A DNA stretch of 64,000 bases from an uncultured Nitrososphaerales archaeon (lineage in GTDB: Archaea > Thermoproteota > Nitrososphaeria > Nitrososphaerales > Nitrososphaeraceae): the NCBI GenBank assembly GCA_963695855.1, contig CAVOHZ010000010.1:384001-448000 (forward strand), written 5' to 3'. This document shows positions 33,047 through 42,559 of this stretch, in pieces. Numbering within the stretch: the stretch's first letter is position 1; each line of letters begins with the position of its first letter. The position numbers were made by a program, and so were the translations under genes. The notes under the pieces were generated by a model. The model did no database searches. It was not told where the DNA came from and was given only the letters and a program-made list of their open reading frames with translations.

Positions 33047-33499
33047 CTATTTTCTAGCTTTGATATCGACCAGTTTCCTTTCCTTACCTCGCTGTATAGA
33101 ACATATCAGATAAATGGACAATCCTGATATCAATACTTGCAAAATCTTACTTGTAATATCCATTTTTCCAATATAGTACTCTATTCCTATTGGAGGAACT
33201 CCCACAGTTCGTGAAGCAATATAAATTCCTATCAGGGTGATCGAACCCGCTGTCAAAACTATATATGGTAATACTGATGACAGTTTTTTCTTTAACATCC
33301 AAATCACAGTAAGAATATAACCTGCTCCAGTAGTCAAGAACAATGTCATCTCGATCTGCTTTTCCTGTATTTCACCCATTACGCCAGCATCAATAAAATC
33401 GATGTAGTCCGAATACTCGCCAGAAGCCACATAAAAATACACGATGGCAGTAGATACCACTATCCCAGCAAGAAGATATACTAATATTTTTGAAAGCAC
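33047..33499 (-). CDS. 4-TM membrane hypothetical protein
   Basis: Four hydrophobic segments; YIASRTVGVP..G.E..GKMDITSKILQ. Confidence 0.75.
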   Translation of the reverse strand: MLSKILVYLLAGIVVSTAIVYFYVASGEYSDYIDFIDAGVMGEIQEKQIEMTLFLTTGAGYILTVIWMLKKKLSSVLPYIVLTAGSITLIGIYIASRTVGVPPIGIEYYIGKMDITSKILQVLISGLSIYLICSIQRGKERKLVDIKARK

Positions 33500-33536
33500 G
33501 TTACTATTTTCTTAAGATATTATAATAACACTGAAG

Positions 33537-33568
33537 TAACAAAGTTCAGAATACATAGAACTTTGTTA
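33537..33568. promoter_or_regulatory. 11-bp perfect inverted repeat (operator-like) upstream of the membrane-protein promoter
   Basis: TAACAAAGTTC-N10-GAACTTTGTTA just upstream of the TATA-like box (~33520-33527) of the gene starting at 33499. Confidence 0.5.
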
Positions 33569-33579
33569 TATGGTTTTGG

Positions 33580-33684
33580 TAAGAGAAACTTATATTTCTA
33601 TAATTTTGTTATATAAAACATAAATATAACAAAATAAGAGAAACTTATATTTCTATAATTTTGTTATATAAAACATAAATATAA
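33580..33684. repeat. 50-bp perfect direct repeat, period 55
   Basis: TAAGAGAAACTTATATTTCTATAATTTTGTTATATAAAACATAAATATAA at 33580-33629 and 33635-33684. Confidence 0.9.
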
Positions 33685-34917
33685 TAATACTTTTGTTTGA
33701 AAAAATTCTTGATATAACTATGGTAATTAACAATCACTGTTACAATCAATGGATTATTCGTATATGCCGATCTTTGGTATTTTTGGAAATTTTATTATTA
33801 TATATTTTCGTAAGTTATTATTTTTCAATAATACAGATTTATTACAATAAGGTAAATTTACAAATTTCCGTCAAATTCTCATAACCAAAAATACTAGATT
33901 TTGAAGGAAATATTGGCGTGAATCATTTTGGTATTTACAAATACTAGATGACAACGAAGAGAGGTCAAATTATAATTTTCTATGACTGATATCAATGCAC
34001 ACAGCAGCCAATAGATTAACAGTAAGATTACCAATTGGATTGTAAAGATACATGTAAAAAATAATATATTATATTATTTTGTCAAAAATCAATACTAAAA
34101 ATTTCAAAACCTTTCCACATTTCTATTCGTGTTCATATAGAGATTCTATGTTTCTAAAAACTTTTGATTGGACATTCAACACTTTTATCATATCAAATCT
34201 CTTATACATAATCTTAGATTGGGTTTTTTCATCTTGTTTCTGCATTCCTATTATATTTTTCATATTATTACCTCAATATTAATAGCATAATACTCGAACT
34301 TTGTATTTTACACATTACTGAAACTTGAGTTCACTATAATATCTGTTAGTCATATTTATCCAAACTCCTTTCTAATTTTGATCCCTTTAGTTCAATGTTT
34401 TTAAAAATTTATTTCCGTACTTACTATTATTGATAACTTGTCATCTTATCAGTACAGACTATTTTTTTAGACTGCTTCTTTTCGAATTTATTTCAACTAA
34501 TATATGTCTTTTATAACTAACTTTAATGAGAGATGAAATGATATTTCTGGCATTGAACTATTGTTTTTATTAATAAATTCCTGTAATATCTTATAGAAAC
34601 AAGATCATTGATGACCATAGAAAGAGGTGCAAATTATATCTCAGTACTTCTTTTCGAATCATGTTATTTTTGTTTCAATATTCTATTCTGGAGCGACGAT
34701 TATTTGTGACCCATTGTGTTGATATGATTGTTTTTTCTTATATGCAAACATGAGGAGAGTATAGAAAGTCATATAACATGATAATCAATCGTCCTAATCT
34801 AGATTTTCGATTAATTTATTTAATATCATATAAAGTTTCTCTCATTTTTTTGAAACTTTTGGACCAAATAGATGTATATATATGTCAGTGTAAACAATAT
34901 TGCTCTAGCTTTATTAA

Positions 34918-35223
34918 TTGGGAAAACCGAAAAGATTCTCCGCTGAATATACAATGCTCACAATATTGGAGTATTTATGCCTGAATTCCAAGAATACTCC
35001 GGTTAGTAAATACCACATAATGACCAAAATTCAAGAAATAAAACAACAGCGTCCAGACAGGATCTCTATCCTTTTAAATAAATTAGAACAAAATGGTTAT
35101 GTTTCCTCGATAGAAACATCAAATGCGAGATTTTATACAATAACCCAGAAAGGAATATCTGAATATTTGAAGTGGGTTAAGGATTTTCTCTTGTTTGTAA
35201 GAACTAACAATGAAATGACTTGA
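34918..35223 (+). CDS. Winged-helix transcriptional regulator (PadR/MarR-like)
   Basis: ISILLNKLEQNGYV...FYTITQKG. Confidence 0.8.
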   Translation: MGKPKRFSAEYTMLTILEYLCLNSKNTPVSKYHIMTKIQEIKQQRPDRISILLNKLEQNGYVSSIETSNARFYTITQKGISEYLKWVKDFLLFVRTNNEMT

Positions 35224-35247
35224 GTAGTTGAAAGATACTTGAAGCAG

Positions 35248-36027
35248 TTAAATTACAATAGTAGGTTTTTCAACTAAGATAATTTTTTTGACAACGTCAT
35301 CAGTCGATAAGTGAACAAAATCATACACATCGCTAGAAATCTCTTCTGAAACGATTAAGGCAAGACCAATTTTATTTTTATAAGAATACTCCTTTAGCGC
35401 CTTCGTAAAAGAATTGAGGATTTTGGTATCAACCAAATCATCATAAATATTAATAATTATTGCACCGTATTCTTGCATGGAACGAGAAAGATCGTTATCG
35501 TCTTTTACGGTTGTATTATCTACCAATATATTAAATACATTTCCACCAAAATTGACGTCGAAGAATTCATCATGTACAGGTCTTGTTTCCAAGTAATTTT
35601 GCAGAGAGACGTTTATTGGTTCAAGAATTGATGATACAGAAGATAAAACTTCATCCTTGTTTCTGTTAGAAATCATCATTTTAATCTCTGCAGTTAATGA
35701 ATTTTTTTCGAAAAGATTGGCCCATTTTTCCAATAATCGCTCAAATTTATATAGAGGTCTAAGAACGATTGTTAAAATGACAAGCATGATTAAAGATAAA
35801 GAAATAATCAACATATCAATAGATTTATCTGCGATAAACAATTTTAATCCCATATCAGCCGACAAATCTAGCACAGTTAATGAGATTAATCCAATAATAG
35901 TTGCGATAAGATATGGAAATTTTTTAGTAATGCATTTTATAAAGATTGACGCTTCATGTCCGTATCTAGTTGGCAAGGTAGGAGAATCCGAATCAAAATA
36001 CCGTGAATTACCACTTGTATTTACCAT
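35248..36027 (-). CDS. 2-TM membrane protein with C-terminal restriction-endonuclease-like alpha/beta domain
   Basis: Two TM helices, then FNILVD..GAIIINI..VDTKILNSF..GLALIVSEEISSDV..IILVE (Mrr-like pattern; inference). Confidence 0.55.
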   Translation of the reverse strand: MVNTSGNSRYFDSDSPTLPTRYGHEASIFIKCITKKFPYLIATIIGLISLTVLDLSADMGLKLFIADKSIDMLIISLSLIMLVILTIVLRPLYKFERLLEKWANLFEKNSLTAEIKMMISNRNKDEVLSSVSSILEPINVSLQNYLETRPVHDEFFDVNFGGNVFNILVDNTTVKDDNDLSRSMQEYGAIIINIYDDLVDTKILNSFTKALKEYSYKNKIGLALIVSEEISSDVYDFVHLSTDDVVKKIILVEKPTIVI

Positions 36028-36179
36028 ATTTTCTTGATATTTCTTTATGAATTTTTAACTATTTAAGCAGTAATAGAACTATTTTACTGTAGTACAGGTA
36101 AAATAACTATTTTTTGGCTGTCCTAAGTTAAACCACTTTATCTATGTTAGACCCAAAATTAGAATAATTATTACCGCTT

Positions 36180-36430
36180 ATAGGGCCATCATACATACAA
36201 ACAAAGGTTTGTACCCGGTTATTTACATATAATAAGATCATTCAATTTGCACACATGGACGGTACTTATCAAGATTTTCTATTCTATCATAGAAATGTTG
36301 ATTGATTTTTCCCATCTGATATTTCTTTAAAGGAGGATGTAGATGAGGTTTAAATTCTAAGACATCGCATCCTTGATCACATACCATATACTTCCTTTTG
36401 TTTTGTATCTGTATGTTTAGAACGTTTTTC
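36180..36430 (-). pseudogene. IS6-like transposase C-terminal relic
   Basis: Minus-strand GCDVLEFKPHLHPPLKKYQMGKINQHFYDRIENLDKYRPCVQ..RVQTFVCMY; nucleotide similarity to 37380-37460. Confidence 0.65.
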
Positions 36431-36621
36431 GCCTAAAGTAAAAGTCCAAAATTTAAAATTAAATTTAAAAACTAAATTGTGACTGTAAAAAGAAAATTTC
36501 TTATTAGAATGTGAATAAGACACAACGAAAGGTAATAAAAAACATCAACTTTCTACTGTAGATATATTTTTAGAATACTAAAAATTACTAACCATGATAA
36601 ATGTTAGAAGATAAGTACATA

Positions 36622-36870
36622 TCACGGATTATCTGGGTTCTTTTGTATTTCTTCGCCCTGTTCTAGACCAAAGAATATCCTCTCGTGTTTTTTCAGTGCT
36701 TTTCTATGTTCTGCTAGTGACATATCTAATCTCATTTCATTTATAACCATAACTGCATAAGCTGTCCACTCCTTCCAACATTCAGGACAGGATGAATATT
36801 TTTGTGCCCCTGGGTCATTGACTAAATTTTCGTCAAAAGTTTTTTTACATTTAGAACATGTTTTAGCCAT
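36622..36870 (-). CDS. Fe(2+)-trafficking/oxidative damage protection protein (YggX-like)
   Basis: ECWKEW...MVINEMRLDM..EHRKAL...FF. Confidence 0.75.
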   Translation of the reverse strand: MAKTCSKCKKTFDENLVNDPGAQKYSSCPECWKEWTAYAVMVINEMRLDMSLAEHRKALKKHERIFFGLEQGEEIQKNPDNP

Positions 36871-36954
36871 CTGATTTTAAATATATAAATTAGACTATAT
36901 TTTATTCTTCTGGATTTCCATATATTGGATTCTTATCTATCTATTTATGATGTG

Positions 36955-37170
36955 TTATTTCTTTTTCATAACGTTGTACGAATGCGATTTTTTTATATGA
37001 TCTCGCATTTGTTCCATCCCATCAAAACTCATGTTGCATTTGTTGCATGTGTATGATCTACCGGTTCCATGAATTACCTGTTGGTGCTGCATAGATTCTT
37101 CTATCTTTCTAAATTTTTTTTTACATATTTTACACTCATATCTTCTGAAAACTTTTTCAAAAGAAATCAA
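36955..37170 (-). CDS. Double C2H2 zinc-finger protein
   Basis: YECKICKKKF..HQQVIH and YTCNKCNMSF..HIKKSH. Confidence 0.88.
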   Translation of the reverse strand: MISFEKVFRRYECKICKKKFRKIEESMQHQQVIHGTGRSYTCNKCNMSFDGMEQMRDHIKKSHSYNVMKKK

Positions 37171-37294
37171 TAGTTGAGTAGTGCTTGAAAAAATATAAAA
37201 ACATTTGGTCTGCAGAGTAATATAGATGCAAAAAGGATCTGTTCATTTAAGATAACATTCAGCTTCTTCAACTGTAAATTATTATCATTTCTTA

Positions 37295-37880
37295 TTGTGT
37301 AATATACATCCAAAAAACAAAGAATTGTATCCACTTACGTATATGAATTAAATTTCAATAATCTTTTAATCTTTCTCTCCTCTTCACACATGGATAGTAG
37401 TAGTCATCAAGATATCCTATTCTATCATTGAAATATTGATTGATTGATTGATTTTTTCCATGACACTCCTAAATGAATGTAGTTTGTTTTCAATCCCTAG
37501 ATGTTGCATCATTCGTCAAACCCCGTATCGCCTTTATGTCTACTTATCCATACCTTTGAACCAGATATCTAATGAATTTTTCAGCAACACGTTTGCTTTA
37601 GCTTGGGACGTCAATTCGAACAATTGAATTGGTTATTGTTTCTATACTAACCCATTGCCAGAAATCTTGATAACAATTTTGAATAATGATTCATCCATCT
37701 ATAACGAGGACTGTTAGTCTTTTTCTGTGTTTTACAGACATCACCTGACCGTCTCTGGATCCAATTCTACGCAGACATGTAAGTTCTTTCTTCTGGCTAT
37801 ATTCAAAGAGTATTAACGTTTTGGACGTGCTATGTAACCTTAAACGAGACAATATAGATTTAAACATTGCATTAAAGCAA
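37295..37880 (-). pseudogene. Decayed IS6-like transposase
   Basis: Minus-strand LRLHSTSKTL, ERTYMSA*NWIQR, VLVID, QDFWQWVSIE, YFNDRIGYLDDYYYPCV, HIRKWIQFFV with many stops and frameshifts. Confidence 0.7.
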
Positions 37881-38200
37881 GGCTGGATTATCTATATCAT
37901 TCATTTAATTTTTATATCATGCATAAGTAGAACGTTCTCTTCTATCCGTTTTTTTGCCTTAATAGACCATGAAAAACAGAAAAATAAGAAATACGTCACG
38001 AGATAACTTTAACTCCAGTATCTGAATAAGTAAGAGTAAGGATACGGATCTGATAAAATAGAATAAAAGATTTATCGATAATGCCTTAACTAGGATTTCA
38101 AATAATGTGGGCATTAATGAAAAACCCTGGTTGTTCATTCTATTCTTCGTTTTACATAAAAATAAATACAAAAAATATTGTAGACCTCTGGCAGCATAGC

Positions 38201-38362
38201 CTAATGGGCTCGAATGACCTGTTCACAATTATTTGCTAGAATATCGCCGTCGTCAGAATCGTAGTCGAGCACTTTATCATAGTTTTCTCCGCAATCAAAG
38301 TAATCTGCTCCTGGACCACCTTCAAGCATATCTTCTCCAAAGTCACCATACATCTCGTTGCT
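38201..38362 (-). pseudogene. C-terminal fragment of an RTX-type Ca-binding protein paralog
   Basis: NEMYGDFGEDMLEGGPGADYFDCGENYDKVLDYDSDDGDILANNCEQVIRAH* aligns with the C-terminus of 38666-39382. Confidence 0.75.
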
Positions 38363-38665
38363 TTGTGATCGGATTGGCGAAAAACAACAAAATATTAAAA
38401 TCTTATTTTAGCAAGTCTATACTGTACAAAAATAAAAAAGTTATTTATCTTGTTATATACCTATCAAATATAATTATATATTTTTTCATCTTTGTTACAA
38501 GAACAACAAAGTATTTTGTTCAGATCAAGCCATGAATTCTTGTATATCCTGAAAGTGTATAAATAATTAGGATGGCGCGATAGCTTCAAAGCGATTGATC
38601 AGAATTTCAGGCCAAAAGATAATTGTAGCTAATAGCAGAGGACATTTTAAAAAATAATACGTCTA

Positions 38666-39382
38666 TTAGTCGATTTCCTTTCCTATATCTTCTATATCTG
38701 TCTTGTCTTGAGAGGATCCAATGCCAAATTTTTCTAGATGAGATTTAAGCTTGGTTGGTTGGGCGAAAATTTTCATATCATCATGATAACTTTCAATTAC
38801 TTCACAATTGATATTTTGAATATCGCCATCATCGAGATCGAAATCGATTATAATATCAAAGTTTTCACCACAATCAAAAGTGTCCGCTCCTTTTCCTCCA
38901 ATCAATACGTCAGTACCCAGGCCTCCATAAAGTTCATCATCACCTTTTCCTCCCACTAATAAGTTTGAACCTATACTAACCTTTAGAATATCATTACCAG
39001 GACCTCCGAATATTTTATCGTCGCCTCCCGCGCCTGAAATTTTATCATTTCCGTCATCGCCATATAGTACATCATTACCCTCTGCCCCTTGGATAACATC
39101 GTCTTTTTCAAGCCCTCTCACAAGATCCCCTGCATTACAACCACCAGGTCCTGTATTAAGTGGTGAAAATGGGCAACCCACAATTACGTCATTACATTTT
39201 GACCCAATAGTTGTAGTACCAGTACCTATTATGACATTGGCATCCTTCTTATCACAATCTTGCTTGGCTACTACGTAGACTACAAGTTGCTCAGAAAATA
39301 TCATAAAAGAAAATATTGGTGCAATAATTACTATTGAAATCACAATTTTATAAAATGACATTAAAGGAATAACATTAATCAA
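38666..39382 (-). CDS. Secreted RTX/hemolysin-type calcium-binding repeat protein
   Basis: Tandem GGxGxDxLx nonapeptides (GAEGNDVLY, GGPGNDILK, GGKGDDELY, GGKGADTFD); hydrophobic N-terminus. Confidence 0.9.
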   Translation of the reverse strand: MINVIPLMSFYKIVISIVIIAPIFSFMIFSEQLVVYVVAKQDCDKKDANVIIGTGTTTIGSKCNDVIVGCPFSPLNTGPGGCNAGDLVRGLEKDDVIQGAEGNDVLYGDDGNDKISGAGGDDKIFGGPGNDILKVSIGSNLLVGGKGDDELYGGLGTDVLIGGKGADTFDCGENFDIIIDFDLDDGDIQNINCEVIESYHDDMKIFAQPTKLKSHLEKFGIGSSQDKTDIEDIGKEID

Positions 39383-39608
39383 GCAATCTCTCTTTTGTTA
39401 GTAGGATCATATTTAAAAAGTATTCTCAATGTTATTCTATCAAAAAAATAGCTAAAAATTATCATTATCTTTATAAAATATTTCCGAAAAAAGAGTGTAA
39501 TGAATCTCGTACAATTACACTAGATTGAATTTTATTCTAAAATCCTGTTATCGGTTTATGTCAATAGTATAGCGCAAAAGTAAAAAATAGACATTACCTT
39601 GAAATATT

Positions 39609-39764
39609 CTATGAAATTGAGTTACCCTTCCTAGTTGCCTCGGCCGTAACTGCCGATATAGTTCCGATACTCACATTCATTAATTTGTGGATTTCAAGAG
39701 TCGAAAACCCTTCTAAATATTTTGTAATAATTTCTGATTTTGTTGATTCGGGAACAGGTCTCAC
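39609..39764 (-). CDS. 51-aa helix-turn-helix ORF, probably a truncated gene
   Basis: MRPVPESTKSEIITKYLEGFSTLEIHKLMNVSIGTISAVTAEATRKGNSIS* (GTG start). Confidence 0.5.
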   Translation of the reverse strand: MRPVPESTKSEIITKYLEGFSTLEIHKLMNVSIGTISAVTAEATRKGNSIS

Positions 39765-40565
39765 TTAAAACAAGAATGGGAATTTATTTAAAACATTTAC
39801 ATGTATTTAAAAAAATGTGAATTTAAAAGCTATTAAATTCTAATATTCGAGGTCCTAGTATTCGAGGTGATTTACACTAAATTTTAATTTTTTTTAGATT
39901 AATTATTCGAATAAACATATCTATTACTTTTTTGGATGACCTAGCTTATTAAATATATATCCGTAAAAAATTCAAATGATAACGCCAGGTAAATACCAAT
40001 CCATAAATAGGATACATCAATTTCTTATTCTAGTATTGCCATAGTGATATATCTATATGAGCACAAAATAGCTGTTTTGAACAGTACTTGAAAGGCATTT
40101 GAAAATTATATGAAAGCTAAAAAATACTTAATTGAAAAGCTCATGAAACGTATTTGAAAATGACCTGAAAACCACTTGAAATATTTTGTTAATATATTTA
40201 TCCAGTCATAATCTTTGAATCTCTTTTAGAATGCAGATAAAATAAAAGATTTGTAGTATAACATTTGTACTAGTCAAATGTTTAACCAATCGATGATATT
40301 TGGACGAATTAGACTAATCAAATGGAAAGGGATGATTATTTAGTATTTATAGATTAGGTATAAACCGGTCAAAATGGTTAAAGTGGTATACAACAAATAC
40401 TAATGATGGAAAAGTTAAACGAACGCCCCTGCCAAAAAATAACCTCCGATAAATAATTATGCTGTTATCCGATTATACGAATACCAATATAGTTTCTTGC
40501 ACATTAAATAACTATCAGCTATCTTTAACCTATTCTAAAAATATAAAAATTAAAATAAAAAGAAC

Positions 40566-40700
40566 TTACCTTTTTGATTTGAATGCTAACTTCTCTATGG
40601 CTTGACTATAATTAGTCATCCCCATTTTCTTTGCATACTCTTCAATAATTAACAAGTCATCTGGTTTAAAACATATAGGCATACTTCTCTTCTCACTCAT
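40566..40700 (-). CDS. 44-aa ribbon-helix-helix-like protein
   Basis: MSEKRSMPICFKPDDLLIIEEYAKKMGMTNYSQAIEKLAFKSKR*; beta-strand, helix, G-turn, SxAI helix; directly downstream of aIF5A. Confidence 0.7.
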   Translation of the reverse strand: MSEKRSMPICFKPDDLLIIEEYAKKMGMTNYSQAIEKLAFKSKR

Positions 40701-40793
40701 ACTTTAAGAGACGAGTCTGTACTTTTTATGTGTTTCCAAAATTTTTATCCATTTTCAATTATAAAGATTATAAATTAAATTAAAATAAATTAT

Positions 40794-41186
40794 TTATCCC
40801 TTAGCTCTCACTATCTTGACTCTATCAAGAACCTTCCAGTATTCAATTTCTCCTCCTTGCACAATCTTATCTCTTACCTCTTCCTCGACCGAAGAAGTTT
40901 CAAATACCTCAAACGTATCCAGATCCATTATTTGTAATAAAGAACCTGTTATAGAAACTATTTGACCACTTCTTTTGTCTATCAATGGAACTTCCACATT
41001 AGCAGAAACAGGTGAAACCATGCTATGCTTGGATCCGTCAAAAACACCTATTGCTGAGACTCGAGCTTTTGCAGATCCATGTTTTCCCGGTTTGCTATGA
41101 TCATAAGAAACTATTCTACAAGGTTCATTATCAATAATAATGTAGGATCCGACTTTTAAACTTCCAAGATCCATTGGTTTACTCAT
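40794..41186 (-). CDS. eif5a: Translation factor aIF5A
   Basis: SKPGKHGSAK hypusine loop. Confidence 0.98.
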   Translation of the reverse strand: MSKPMDLGSLKVGSYIIIDNEPCRIVSYDHSKPGKHGSAKARVSAIGVFDGSKHSMVSPVSANVEVPLIDKRSGQIVSITGSLLQIMDLDTFEVFETSSVEEEVRDKIVQGGEIEYWKVLDRVKIVRAKG

Positions 41187-42283
41187 AATTATTCAAAGAG
41201 GAAACATGTTGGTATATAATATTTCTGTTTCATCTTGAATATTCTAAGCGAATTTTACTTTTTGACAATATTTCTAAATAGACTTGGAAATATCGCCAGA
41301 GTCATCAACCGAGTTGAAGAAACATAAAACCAAAAAAATTCTAAGCTCAGTCCGTTGATCAAGTACTGGCTATTGTACTAGAGAGTTGAATAAGTTATTT
41401 TGTTGTTCCATGATTATATTGGGTATCTTTCCCATATCGCCTTATACTTTCTCAGATTCTTCTGGGTTACTTTCTTTCTCGGAGAAATTCCCATATTTGT
41501 ACAATTATTTATGCTTGCTCAGAATTATCGAATATGAATTATTGTCGTAATGGTCCCAGATGTGGTGTAGAGCATCTATCCCATCTTCCAAGCTCTTTGT
41601 CATCTGGAGGGCTAACTTTTATCTGTTTGTTTATTTTTATATTTAGACATATATTTACCAGCGGTATATTGAAGTTTATTCTATCTCAAGGTCTGTTACG
41701 GTTTAAAGTATATGGTTTACCATCGTGATTTGGGCCTTCTGCTGCTAATATATCGCTATGTCCTTGAAATATCTCGGTAATATCTATTCTATTAATGATT
41801 GTTGGTTGGTAATCTCTCCGGGGTTCGGTAAAATGTTGACAATTCTTTATGAATTAATTATTGTATAATATCACCACAGTAATGATAGAATAATTAATTT
41901 ATTTTTTTAACGAAAAATACTTATTTTAACATAGACATATAGAAACTCGATACGCTTGCTCTTACTCCACAGCAGAGAAAGTAAGAGGCCAAATCTAGAT
42001 AATAGTTTCACTATAACAGACTCTATACAAGATAGTAAATAATTATAATGATGGAAGAGGGATTTCAGGGCGATGACTTAAAGCAAACTACCGCGAGGTA
42101 AAATCCTCTGACTCAAATTAAACTATTAAACTCAATACGTTTAGATAATTGATACCAACAACACTACCAACACACAATGAGATAAATAGATAAAAAATGA
42201 ATGAGACGTAGCAGAACATAAACAAAATATGCTAAAAAAATAAACAAATGACTTTTAATATATAAAATAACAGGAACCGGATT

Positions 42284-42421
42284 ATGAATAATACGTGTTG
42301 CTACGGCTGTAATACTCCCATATTCTGGCATACCATCCGAGGAGAATATTGGGAGCTATACACAAACAAGAAACATAAATGTCCCTTTCTGCAGAAACAA
42401 CAACTACAAGAAATAAAATAA
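42284..42421 (+). CDS. 45-aa putative zinc-binding micro-protein
   Basis: MNNTCCYGCNTPIFWHTIRGEYWELYTNKKHKCPFLQKQQLQEIK*; CxxxC..HxC; TATA-like TTTTAATATA ~25 nt upstream. Confidence 0.55.
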   Translation: MNNTCCYGCNTPIFWHTIRGEYWELYTNKKHKCPFLQKQQLQEIK

Positions 42422-42559
42422 TGAAGATATTATTATAATCTTCTTGTGTGGTTATTGTTGTTATAGGGATATTATTATGAGATCAGTAATATTTTGAAAT
42501 ATGTAAGTTTCTGTTTCAATTGTTAGTACCTATGAACGTATATAATGACAGCAAAAAAT

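Noticed and set aside
34060-34760. Decayed sensor histidine kinase relic (similar hints at ~39990-40430)
   Set aside because: Only vague peptide resemblance with many stops; no H-box or G-box recognisable by eye; needs tBLASTn.
41300-41880. Decayed gene, possibly a polysaccharide deacetylase, near the GT2 pseudogene
   Set aside because: Looks like eroded coding DNA (e.g. ALHHIWDHYD) but is too degenerate to assign.
42066-42105. c-di-GMP-I or fluoride riboswitch
   Set aside because: Only partial look-alike motifs (GCAAAC-stem-GNRA, GGCGATG); the downstream conserved elements are missing.
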